From contig JAVKHO010000004.1 in the NCBI GenBank assembly GCA_031459915.1, positions 32,001 to 96,000 of the forward strand: a DNA stretch of 64,000 nucleotides, read 5' to 3'. A program made the position numbers and the translations under genes. This DNA is from Candidatus Tepidifontimicrobium thermophilum. Its GTDB lineage: Bacteria; Sysuimicrobiota; Sysuimicrobiia; Sysuimicrobiales; Sysuimicrobiaceae. The notes beneath the pieces were generated by a model. The model did no database searches. It was not told the DNA's origin and was given only the letters and a program-made list of their open reading frames with translations. This document shows, piece after piece, positions 30,327 to 39,322 of the stretch. Each line of letters begins with the position of its first letter. The stretch's first letter is position 1.

Positions 30327-30331
30327 TCTCA
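30317..30331. promoter_or_regulatory. Fur/Per-box-like 7-1-7 site
   Basis: GGAGATT-C-ATTCTCA, an imperfect inverted repeat over the regulator's ATG. Confidence 0.5.
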
Positions 30332-30354
30332 GGTAGTATCTTATATAGAGCCTC

Positions 30355-31029
30355 GTGGGTGCAACCAGGCGTCGGCGGACCCCACCCCTGGAACGGCTGA
30401 CGCCCCGGGAGCGGGCGGTGGTGCGGTCGTGCGCCACGCCGGAGCGGGTCCAGCGGTGGCTCCGCCAGCTGCCGTACAACTGGGAGACCCGGCGCCCGAC
30501 CCTGCGGTCGTTCCGGGGCGTGGTTCGCGTGGGGCAGGCCCACTGCCTGGAGGCGGTACTGGCCGCGGCGGCGGTGCTGGACCACCACGGGTACCCTCCC
30601 TGGGTCCTGGACCTGGAGTCGGAGGACGGACTGGACCACGTGGTGTTCGTGTTCCGGAAGGACGGGCGCTGGGGCGCGGTGGCCAAGTCCCGGGACGCGG
30701 GGCTGCACGGGCGCCGGCCGGTGTTCCGTACCCTCCGGGACCTGGTCTACAGCTACGTGGATCCCTACGTGGACGGCTCCGGCCGCATCGTGGGCTACGG
30801 GCTCGCGGACCTAGACGAACTGGTGCGGGTAGACTGGCGGCTTTCGGAGGACGACGTCTGGGAGGTGGAGCGGGCACTGTTGCGCATGCCCCACAAGCGG
30901 CTGCACACCTCCGACCGGCGACACCGGGAGGTGCTGCAGCGCTACCTCCGTTGGAAAGAGCGTGGCGGACCGCTGGACCGCCGGGCCCTCCGTGAGCTGT
31001 ACGGGCAGGCGGTGGACGCCTGGTGGTGA
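30355..31029 (+). CDS. Hypothetical protein, possibly transglutaminase/papain-like
   Basis: AHCLEAV (Cys at helix start), DHVVFVF..WGAVAKS. Confidence 0.65.
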   Translation: MGATRRRRTPPLERLTPRERAVVRSCATPERVQRWLRQLPYNWETRRPTLRSFRGVVRVGQAHCLEAVLAAAAVLDHHGYPPWVLDLESEDGLDHVVFVFRKDGRWGAVAKSRDAGLHGRRPVFRTLRDLVYSYVDPYVDGSGRIVGYGLADLDELVRVDWRLSEDDVWEVERALLRMPHKRLHTSDRRHREVLQRYLRWKERGGPLDRRALRELYGQAVDAWW

Positions 31030-31054
31030 GCCGATCCGGGTGCCGCCTAGCTAG

Positions 31055-32863
31055 CTAGTACCCCCGCAGGTTCAGCTGCACGAACACCGGGTACGCGCTG
31101 ATCCCCGCAGGCAGGGCGAGGTCGTGGATGGGCGCGTGCAGGACGATCCACGTGATCACCTGCTGCCCCTGGATGGGCTCCCCGTCGGCGTACTGGCCCG
31201 GGTGGTAGAAACGGGTCTCCGCGGCCTCGTCCAGCACCCGCTTGGACCTGCCGATCTCCCCCCGCTTTGCCCGCACCACCGCCACTTCCACGTTCTCGTC
31301 CAGGGGGATCTCCACCGCCTCCGACCCCCTGGGGTTCTTGACCCGCACCACCATGCCGGGCCGCCCGACCACGTAGAACTCAGCCCGAGGGGAGGTCCAC
31401 CGCCTCCCGTCGAACAGCTCCACCCGGACGCCCTGCGTCGTCCCGGGGGTGAGATCCAGGCCCCACACGGACAGGTAGCACTGGTACACGGAGGTGGGGC
31501 GGCGCACCCGCAGGAACTCCGTGACGTAACCGGGCCCGTTCCGCCGCCACTCCAGCCTCACCACACCGTCCGCGAAGAAGTCGTAGGCCACGTCGTAGTT
31601 GTAGGGGCCGAAACGGTGACCGGCGTGGAAGTCCTGCGCGTGGGGCAGCGCCCCGGTGTGGTAGTGCGAGCGCATCCGGAAGCCGCCGGGGTGATCCGCG
31701 GTGGCAGGGATCGGGATCTTCCCCAGCAAGCCCGGACCTCCGAAGTCTGCGCTGTGGATGTCCCAGTAGAGGAGTTCCCCCGCGAAGTACTTCGCTCCCT
31801 CGGGGAAGTACCAGCGGAGGGTGGGCCGTCCGTTCTGCGGCGGGAGGTTGTACCCGGTAAAGGTGAACTGCAGCAGGCTCCGGAGTACTGGCTTTCCCCG
31901 GAACCACGCGGAGACGTCCACCCCTTGCGTCTCGGGTGGGCTCCACCGGACCCTCCAGCGGTCCTGGGCGAACTCCCGGGGCGGCAGCTCCTGCCGGTGG
32001 AAGCCCTCCGGGGCAGTGTACCAAGGCCGCTTCGCGAAGGGGACCTCCGGCACCCTACCCAGCACGGACCTCGCCCTCGGCACGATCGCCCGCGCGAGCT
32101 CCTCGGAAGGATATTCCGTGAAGCGCCGGATGACGTTGACGTCCACGACTTTCATGTTCTTCGGGTCCCGCACGTCCAGGAACACGCTCAGGACCGCCAG
32201 TTTCCCGTTCTCCTTGAAGTAGTAAATCGCGGGGGTGACCGTCCGCAGAGGCCGCTTCTTGTACGCGGTGATGACCTCCGCCACCTTCACCATGGGGTAC
32301 CACGGCTTGCCCTCCAGCACCGCCTTGACCCTCGCGTCCTGCAGCACGACCCGGTGCCGAGCCACCGCGTCCGGACCCTCGTTCTTCGGAATCCGCTTCC
32401 ACGTGACGTCCTTCGGTCTCGTGACCGTCAACGCCACGATCTGGTCATAGCGGCGGTCCACCAGGGCGTACACCACCTGGTGGCCGGCCGCGGTGATTTC
32501 GAACCCGTTCTCCAGGTCCCCTTGCACCCGCATGTCCGTGGATCCCTGCAGGCTCACTGAGTCCAGGTCGTTGGTGAGCGGGTCGTAGGCTTCGAACGAC
32601 GCGATCCAGCCGCGCGCGATACGGTTCACCTCGGGGTCCGCCAGCACCACCTCGACGGCCCTCCGCTGGCGGTAGAAGAAGAGGGACTTGTACGCGTCCC
32701 GCCCCACGTCCCGGGACGTGAGCAGGCGGGCGGTGGCGATGCGCGGGGAGACCGCTTGGGCTTCCCCAGCGGGCGGGGACGCAGCGTGCACGCCCGCTAC
32801 CACCAACCCCGAGGCCAGCAGCAGAAACGAACGGATCCCCCGCAAGAGTCCCCCCATTCCCAT
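31055..32863 (-). CDS. Secreted protein with a divergent copper-amine-oxidase-like fold
   Basis: Signal peptide; GPYNYDVAYDFFADG, LDL, VVRAKRGE and GEPIQGQQVITW occur in the same order as CuAO catalytic-domain motifs. Confidence 0.6.
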   Translation of the reverse strand: MGMGGLLRGIRSFLLLASGLVVAGVHAASPPAGEAQAVSPRIATARLLTSRDVGRDAYKSLFFYRQRRAVEVVLADPEVNRIARGWIASFEAYDPLTNDLDSVSLQGSTDMRVQGDLENGFEITAAGHQVVYALVDRRYDQIVALTVTRPKDVTWKRIPKNEGPDAVARHRVVLQDARVKAVLEGKPWYPMVKVAEVITAYKKRPLRTVTPAIYYFKENGKLAVLSVFLDVRDPKNMKVVDVNVIRRFTEYPSEELARAIVPRARSVLGRVPEVPFAKRPWYTAPEGFHRQELPPREFAQDRWRVRWSPPETQGVDVSAWFRGKPVLRSLLQFTFTGYNLPPQNGRPTLRWYFPEGAKYFAGELLYWDIHSADFGGPGLLGKIPIPATADHPGGFRMRSHYHTGALPHAQDFHAGHRFGPYNYDVAYDFFADGVVRLEWRRNGPGYVTEFLRVRRPTSVYQCYLSVWGLDLTPGTTQGVRVELFDGRRWTSPRAEFYVVGRPGMVVRVKNPRGSEAVEIPLDENVEVAVVRAKRGEIGRSKRVLDEAAETRFYHPGQYADGEPIQGQQVITWIVLHAPIHDLALPAGISAYPVFVQLNLRGY

Positions 32864-33007
32864 CACCCCTCTTCGCTTCGGAAGCCCCCCGGCACAGCCG
32901 GCAGTCAAAGTCTTCTGTTAATTCTCCCCACGGCCCGGAGGGTTCCTGCGCCCCTTCCAGGATCCCGCCCGGGCACCCGGGTAAGCACTGCCGGTGCGAC
33001 CGGCCTA

Positions 33008-34138
33008 CTAAGGCCGTAAGCCCCGCGGGCCCTCGTACAGCACCCGGGGCCGGAACAGGCGGTTGTTCGCGTGTTGCTCCGTCACGTGGGCCACCAAGCC
33101 CGCGGTGCGCGCCACCAGGAAGATGGGGGTGTACAGCTCGATAGGGATGCCGAGGAGGTAGTAGATCAACCCCGCGGGGTAGTCCGCGTTCGGGTACAGC
33201 CCCTTCTCCCGTTGCATCACGCGCTCCACCACCCCGTGGATCCGCACCAGCTCCCCGCCCTCCGGCCGCCGCGACGCCAGGGCGGGGAGGAACTCCCGCA
33301 TGAGGAGGGCCCGGGGGTCGTACCGGCGCATGTACACCCGGTGCCCGAAGCCCATGATCCGCTCGCCGCGGCGCAGCCGCTCCAGTATGTAGGCCTCCGC
33401 GGCCTCCGCCCCCCCGTGCTGGAGGATGTCCAGCAGCATGTGGGCCACGGCCTCGTTGGCACCCCCGTGCAACGGCCCCTTCAGGGAGGCGGCCGCCCCC
33501 ACCAGGGCCCCGTACAGGTCGGAGAGGGTGGACGCGATGACCCGGGCCGCGAAGGTGGAGTTGGGCATCTCGTGCTCGATGTAGCAGGTCAGGGTGAGGT
33601 CGAACACCCGCACCGCCTCGGCGTCCGGCCGGCCGCCCGTGAGCATGTACAGGAAGCCCTCGGCAAAACCCAGGGACGGGTCCGGCCGGACCCTAGGCAG
33701 CCCGCGCAGGGCGCGGTAGGCGTTGGCGGTGATGGCGGGCATGCGGGCCAGCACCCGGACCCCCTTGCGGAGGTTGGCTTCCGGGGAGGAGTCCCGGAGT
33801 TCGTCGGGGTCCTCCAGCCCGGCCAGGAACGACAGCGCGGTGCGCTGCGCGTCCATCACGTGCATCCGGGGCGGCAGCAGCTCCAGCAGCCGGTACACCT
33901 CCTCCGGGAGCTCCGCTTCCGCCTTCAACTGCCCTTCGAAACCAACTAGCTCCTCTGCAGACGGCAGGTGACCGTACAGGGTCAGGTAGGCGACCTCGGT
34001 GTAGCGCCTGGTCCGCGCCAGCTCGATGAGGTCGTAACCCCGCAGCACGATCTGCTCGTGTTCCACGTCCAGGTAGGAGATGCCGGTGGCGGCGGCGATG
34101 ACCCCTTCCAACCCCGGGCTGTAGCTCGCCTGCGTCAT
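33008..34138 (-). CDS. prpC: 2-methylcitrate synthase / citrate synthase
   Basis: GLEGV, EHE..NSTF, GPLHGGANE, GFGHRVY, PNAD; next to prpB and prpD. Confidence 0.88.
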   Translation of the reverse strand: MTQASYSPGLEGVIAAATGISYLDVEHEQIVLRGYDLIELARTRRYTEVAYLTLYGHLPSAEELVGFEGQLKAEAELPEEVYRLLELLPPRMHVMDAQRTALSFLAGLEDPDELRDSSPEANLRKGVRVLARMPAITANAYRALRGLPRVRPDPSLGFAEGFLYMLTGGRPDAEAVRVFDLTLTCYIEHEMPNSTFAARVIASTLSDLYGALVGAAASLKGPLHGGANEAVAHMLLDILQHGGAEAAEAYILERLRRGERIMGFGHRVYMRRYDPRALLMREFLPALASRRPEGGELVRIHGVVERVMQREKGLYPNADYPAGLIYYLLGIPIELYTPIFLVARTAGLVAHVTEQHANNRLFRPRVLYEGPRGLRP

Positions 34139-35046
34139 CCCTGTCCTCCTTCCCGGAACCGCTGCGCCAGCTCGGCGTCCCACTCCTCGTAGGCGGCGTA
34201 GCCGATGCGGTCGTACAGCTCCGCGCGTGTCTGCAACCGGTCCAGAACCGCGACCTGCGTTCCGTCCCGGCGCAGCACCTCGAGGACCTCCTCCGCGGCC
34301 TTCATGGCCGCCCGCAGCGCGGTGACGGGGAAGATCACCACCCGGTAGCCGAGCTCCGCGAAGCGCTGGGCGGTCAGGTACGGGCTGCGGCCGAACTCCG
34401 TCATGTTGGCCAGCAGCCACCCGCCCACGCGTCGGGCGAACTCCGCGAACTCCGCCTCCGACTCCAGGGCCTCGGGGAAGAGAATGTCCGCCCCGGCCTC
34501 CCGGTACAGCAGGGCCCGCCTCACCGCGCCGTCCAACCCCTCCACCGCGCGCGCGTCCGTGCGGGCCACGATCAGGGCGTGTCTGCGGGCGGACGCCGCG
34601 GCCGCCACCTTCCGGGCCATCTCCTCGGACGGGACCACGGACTTTCCGGACAGGTGCCCGCACTTCTTCGGCAGCGGCTGGTCCTCCAGCTGGATCGCAG
34701 CCGCACCCGCCCACTCCAGCTCTCGCACCGCAGCGAGGACGTTCAGCGCTTCCCCGAAGCCGGTGTCCGCGTCCACCACCAGGGGAAGCCCGCACGCCCG
34801 GTAAACGCGCCGCACGAAATCCGCGAGCTCCGTCAGCGTGAACAAACCGAGGTCCGGCAGCGCCAGGCTCGCGGAGAAGGCGGCCCCGGACACGTACAGA
34901 GCCGTAAACCCCGCGCGCCGGGCCACCACCGCGCTCAGGGCGTTGAACACGCCAGGTGCCACCACCACGGGCTCGCGCTCCAGCAGCCGCCGCAGCACGA
35001 CTCCCGGCGGCTCCTCCGGACCCGGTCGCAGGAGCCAGGCGCTCAA
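34135..35046 (-). CDS. prpB: 2-methylisocitrate lyase
   Basis: DADTGFG, KKCGHL, ARTDA, ANMTEFG. Confidence 0.93.
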   Translation of the reverse strand: MSAWLLRPGPEEPPGVVLRRLLEREPVVVAPGVFNALSAVVARRAGFTALYVSGAAFSASLALPDLGLFTLTELADFVRRVYRACGLPLVVDADTGFGEALNVLAAVRELEWAGAAAIQLEDQPLPKKCGHLSGKSVVPSEEMARKVAAAASARRHALIVARTDARAVEGLDGAVRRALLYREAGADILFPEALESEAEFAEFARRVGGWLLANMTEFGRSPYLTAQRFAELGYRVVIFPVTALRAAMKAAEEVLEVLRRDGTQVAVLDRLQTRAELYDRIGYAAYEEWDAELAQRFREGGQG

Positions 35047-35071
35047 GGCGAACCCGCACCCTCCCTCATCC

Positions 35072-36448
35072 CTACAGCCGCACCAGCCCGCCCAGCTCCC
35101 GCAGGCTCCGGTCCTCCAGGGTCCACACCGCCTCCACCACCCGCTGCGCCTGGGCCGGCGACAGCACCCCCTCCACGTTGGCCCGGAACTTGTTCACCAC
35201 CTCCGCGTCGCTGAGGGGGTTTTTGGCATGACCGCGGGGATACCGGACTTCCCGGGTGAACACCTGGCCCTCGTGGGTGCGGACCTCGATGCGGTTGGGG
35301 ATGCCGTCCGGATAACCCGCGGTGAGCTCGGGGTCCTCCTCCAGCTCCGTCCGCTCCTTCAGCATCCGCCGCACCTCCGGGTCGGTGAACCGCGCGGGGG
35401 AGAAGGAGGACCGGTCCACCCGGCCGTCCAGCAGCGCCACCACCACGATGTACGGCAGCGAGTGGTCCGCGGTCTCCCGGGTCTTGGGCTCCCACTTCTC
35501 GGGGTCCTTGGCGATGATCTCGTAGGCCGCGCGGAAGGTGGCGATGCGGACCGAGGCGATCCGGCCGGGGTCGTGCAGCTCCGCACGGAGCTGCAGCGCG
35601 GCGTCCACCGCGCTCTGGGCGTGGTACTCCACCGGCCAGTACTTAATGTACGTATCGAGGATCCGCCGGGGCGGCCGTTTGTCCCGTAGACCTCGCAGGG
35701 CCTGCTCCGCAAAGCCCTGCCCGCCCAGCAGCTGGCGGAAGAACCCCATCTCCCCCTCGAAGGGCTGGAAGGGCCCCGTCATCCCGGCCTCCGCCAGCAG
35801 CGCCCCGAACAGCGCGTGCCGGGCGGCGTTGGCCGCCGCGGCGCCTTTCCACATGGAGAGCTCCCCGGCCCGGGTCTGCCGCATGGCCGCGTGGGGCACG
35901 CACGCCAGGCTGATGGCGTGCTCGATGGCCTCCACGGGAAGGCCCAGCAGCCGTCCGGCCGCGGCCGCGGTAGCGACCCCGATGTAGTTCACGTGGTCCC
36001 AGCCCCACCGCCGCAGGCTCGCGGCGTCGCACAGGTTCACCCCCACCTCGTAGGCCACGGCCACCGACAGCAGAAAGTCGCGCGCGGGCAGGTCCCGCCA
36101 CTCCGCCAGGGCCCACAGGGCGGCGATGGTGTCGCTGGGGTGCAGGGGCTCTTGGGACAGGTACGTGTCGTTGAAGTCCAGGTAGCGGACCATCACACCG
36201 TTGCACAGCGCCGCGGCTTCCACGGGAGCCGTAAAGTTGGTGCCCCACAGGGTCGCGCCCCCGACCAGCGGCCAGTGGTAGGCGTACGCCCGCGCCGCCT
36301 TCGGCGCGGGCTCCGCGAAGGCTGCCAGCGCCACTCCCAGACTGTCCAGCACCCGTCGCTTGACCTCGTGCACCGTGGGTTCGGGCAGCTGCTCCCACTC
36401 CACGGCCGCCGCGTACTCCGCCAGCATCCGGCTGAACCGGTCGCTCAC
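35072..36448 (-). CDS. prpD: 2-methylcitrate dehydratase (MmgE/PrpD)
   Basis: RYLDFNDT, HPSD, SMWKG, RETADHSLPY, YPRGH. Confidence 0.92.
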   Translation of the reverse strand: MSDRFSRMLAEYAAAVEWEQLPEPTVHEVKRRVLDSLGVALAAFAEPAPKAARAYAYHWPLVGGATLWGTNFTAPVEAAALCNGVMVRYLDFNDTYLSQEPLHPSDTIAALWALAEWRDLPARDFLLSVAVAYEVGVNLCDAASLRRWGWDHVNYIGVATAAAAGRLLGLPVEAIEHAISLACVPHAAMRQTRAGELSMWKGAAAANAARHALFGALLAEAGMTGPFQPFEGEMGFFRQLLGGQGFAEQALRGLRDKRPPRRILDTYIKYWPVEYHAQSAVDAALQLRAELHDPGRIASVRIATFRAAYEIIAKDPEKWEPKTRETADHSLPYIVVVALLDGRVDRSSFSPARFTDPEVRRMLKERTELEEDPELTAGYPDGIPNRIEVRTHEGQVFTREVRYPRGHAKNPLSDAEVVNKFRANVEGVLSPAQAQRVVEAVWTLEDRSLRELGGLVRL

Positions 36449-36494
36449 GCTCCCTCCCTCGCGCGGTTCTGTGAGGGCTCCCTGCCGCCTGGTT

Positions 36495-37142
36495 CTACTT
36501 TGCCGACTCCGCTCGCCCCTCCTGCCCGTCCGGCGGCAGCAGTACCACGTGCACGATCCCCGGCCCGTGCACGCCTACCGCCAGGCTCATCTCGATGTCC
36601 GCGGACCGGCTGGGACCGCTGGCCAGCACCAGCGCGCTCGGCAGCCCTCCCAGCCGCTCCAACAGGTCGAAGAGGTCTGCGAGCACCCGGTCCTCCCGCA
36701 ACACCGCCACGTGCACAGGCGGGAGCAGGGACGCGGAACGGGGTCGGTTCGGGCGGGCCACCAGCACCAGGGTGGCGGACTCCGCGATCCCGTAGTCCGC
36801 GCCTGTGACGCCCACCTCCGCCTCCGACAACCGGTCCCAGTCCACGAGGGGCAGGCGCAGCTTCCGCAGCGAGACCCCGAGATCCCGCAGGGCCGGTTCC
36901 ACGTAGGTCCGCCTGCCGTCGCACAGCTGCGCCACGGCCGCGGCCAGCTCTCTAGGGTCCTCCAGGCGGTGCACACGGACGCCCAGCTCCTCCGCACGCC
37001 GGACGAACACGCCCACCGGGTCCGCTTGGAGCTGCCGACGGTAGCCCGCGGCCTCCGCGGGCGCCTCCGGGGAAGCCAGCTCGAGGGCCTCGCCGGACCG
37101 CGCGGACCGGACTGCCCGCAGGATCTCCTCGCGGCTGCTCAC
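36495..37142 (-). CDS. lutC: Lactate utilization protein C (LUD domain)
   Basis: IAESATLV, SLLPPVH, SGPSRSADIE, GVHGP. Confidence 0.88.
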   Translation of the reverse strand: MSSREEILRAVRSARSGEALELASPEAPAEAAGYRRQLQADPVGVFVRRAEELGVRVHRLEDPRELAAAVAQLCDGRRTYVEPALRDLGVSLRKLRLPLVDWDRLSEAEVGVTGADYGIAESATLVLVARPNRPRSASLLPPVHVAVLREDRVLADLFDLLERLGGLPSALVLASGPSRSADIEMSLAVGVHGPGIVHVVLLPPDGQEGRAESAK

Positions 37143-38518
37143 CTTCTGGCGGCCCGGTGGAAGGGTGTGGGGCTGAGGCGCGGCAGGTCCCGGCCGCGGG
37201 CCCAACGCCGCAAAGCGCCTACCGGGACGCGCCGGACCACGGGTTCCAGCACCCGCGCAGCCACGGAGGCCCAGCGGTACAGGCGCGGACGGCACAGCAG
37301 CCAGGCGGCCACACGTGCGGCCCTTCGCTCCCACCTGGCTTCCGCCGTCTGGCCGGCCCGCGCCCGCAGGGCCACCAGCATGCCGGGGATGTCGATGCGC
37401 ACCGGGCACACGTCCCTGCACGCCCCGCACAGGCTCGACGCGAAGGGTAGGTCCACTAGCCCCCGGCCGCCGGTGAGCGCGGGGGTCAGCACCGCGCCGA
37501 TAGGCCCCGAGTACACGGAGCCGTACGCGTGTCCGCCAGCCCGTTCGTACACCGGGCAGACGTTGAGGCAGGCGCTGCAGCGCACACACTGCAGGGCCTC
37601 CCGCAGCTCCGGGTCCGCCAGCACCCGGCTCCGCCCGTTGTCCACCAGCACCAAGTGGAAGGCGTCCGGCCCGTCCCGTTCCCCAGGCCCCCGCGGCCCC
37701 GTCAGCAACGACACGTACGCGGAAAGCCGCTGTCCGGTGGCGCTGCGGACCAGCAGGGGCAGGAACACCGCCAGGTCCGCCAGGCGGGGGAGGACCTTCT
37801 CGATCCCCGCCACCGCCACGTGGACCCGCGGAAGGCTGGTGACCATGCGGGCGTTGCCCTCGTTCTCCACCAGCACCACGGTACCGGTCTCCGCCACCAG
37901 GAAGTTGGCGCCCGTGATCCCCACGTCCGCCTGCAGGAACGCCTGGCGCAGGTGGGCGCGGGCCGCTGCGGTGAGGACCGGGACAGGGGCGTCCGCTGGG
38001 GTGCCCAGGTGGCGGCGGAACAGCTCGGCCACGTCCTCCCGCCGTTTGTGGATGATGGGCGCGATCAGGTGTGACGGGCGGTCGCCGCTGATCTGGACCA
38101 CGAACTCACCCAGGTCCGTCTCCACAGGCTCGATCCCGGCCTCCAGCAGGGCCCGGTTGAGCTCCACCTCCTCGGTGACCATGGACTTGCTCTTGACCAC
38201 CCGCCGGGCTCCCGCCTCGCGGCAGATCCGCACCACGCAGGCCGCCGCCTCCTCCGCGTCCCGGGCCCAGTGCACGTGTCCGCCTCGGGCGCGGACGGCT
38301 GCCTCCAGCTGCTCGAGGTACCGGTCCAGGTTTGCCAGGGTGTGCTCCTTGATGCGCTTGGCCCGGTCCCGCAGCACGTCGAAGTGGGGCAGTTCCGCGG
38401 TCACCTGCACCCGGCGGACGGCGAGGTTGTCGGTCACCCTCCGGATGGCCTCCCGCAACGCGGGATCCAGCACCGCGCGGGCGCTCGCTTCCCGGAAGCC
38501 GGCCGCGCTCGGGCTCAC
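37139..38518 (-). CDS. lutB: Lactate utilization iron-sulfur protein B
   Basis: KSKSM, ETDLGE, ENEGN, CVRCSACLNVCP, SSLCGAC..VCP. Confidence 0.93.
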   Translation of the reverse strand: MSPSAAGFREASARAVLDPALREAIRRVTDNLAVRRVQVTAELPHFDVLRDRAKRIKEHTLANLDRYLEQLEAAVRARGGHVHWARDAEEAAACVVRICREAGARRVVKSKSMVTEEVELNRALLEAGIEPVETDLGEFVVQISGDRPSHLIAPIIHKRREDVAELFRRHLGTPADAPVPVLTAAARAHLRQAFLQADVGITGANFLVAETGTVVLVENEGNARMVTSLPRVHVAVAGIEKVLPRLADLAVFLPLLVRSATGQRLSAYVSLLTGPRGPGERDGPDAFHLVLVDNGRSRVLADPELREALQCVRCSACLNVCPVYERAGGHAYGSVYSGPIGAVLTPALTGGRGLVDLPFASSLCGACRDVCPVRIDIPGMLVALRARAGQTAEARWERRAARVAAWLLCRPRLYRWASVAARVLEPVVRRVPVGALRRWARGRDLPRLSPTPFHRAARR

Positions 38519-39246
38519 GACCCGCCCAGTACCTCCGCCAGGTGCAGACACCGCAGCCGGACTCCCTTCCGGCTCAGCCCACCCGCCAGGTGCAGCAGGC
38601 AGCCCAGGTCGGTGGACACCAGCACCTCCGCTGTGGTGGCGCTGACGTCCTGCAGTTTGTCCCGGAGCATGGCCTCGGACACCTCCGGAAACTTGACGGA
38701 GAAGACCCCTCCGAACCCGCAGCACGCTTCCGGGTGGGCCAGGTCCACGAGCTCCAGACCCGCCACCCGCCGTAGGACAGCCCGCGCGCAGTCTGCGGCG
38801 CCGAGGCTCCTCAGCTGGTGGCAGGAGGCGTGAAGGGCCACGCGGTGAGGGAAACGGGCGCCGACGTCCTCCACCCCCAGCACCCGGACCAGGAACTCCG
38901 ACAGCTCGTAGGTGCGCTGGGCCACGGCCCGCGCGCGCCCCTCCCAGGGGCTTCCGGCCAACACCCGCGGGTAGAACTCCCGCACGGTGGCCACGCAGGA
39001 TCCCGAGGGAGCCACCACCGCGTCGAAGGGCTCGAACGTCTCCACCCACCGCCGGGCGAGCCGGGCCGCCTGGTCCGGGAAGCCGTCGTTCAGCAGGGGC
39101 TGGCCGCAGCAGGTCTGCCCCCCGGGGACTTCCGCGCGCAGCCCCACGCGCTCCAGCACCTGCAGCGTGCCCCGGGCGACGCTGGGTGCGAACTGGTCCA
39201 CCAGGCACGTGACGAAAAGGGCCACGCGGTGCGGGCGGTCAGGCAT
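38515..39246 (-). CDS. lutA: Lactate utilization protein A (CCG domains)
   Basis: FVTCLVD, CCGQP, SGSC, CCGFGG.F, DLGCL. Confidence 0.93.
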   Translation of the reverse strand: MPDRPHRVALFVTCLVDQFAPSVARGTLQVLERVGLRAEVPGGQTCCGQPLLNDGFPDQAARLARRWVETFEPFDAVVAPSGSCVATVREFYPRVLAGSPWEGRARAVAQRTYELSEFLVRVLGVEDVGARFPHRVALHASCHQLRSLGAADCARAVLRRVAGLELVDLAHPEACCGFGGVFSVKFPEVSEAMLRDKLQDVSATTAEVLVSTDLGCLLHLAGGLSRKGVRLRCLHLAEVLGGS

Positions 39247-39322
39247 CCCAGGGGAGGTTACGCGCTCCGGGCCCCAGGGTCCTGCGCCCGGCGCTGCCAG
39301 AGGGCCTGTGGATCGGACGTCG

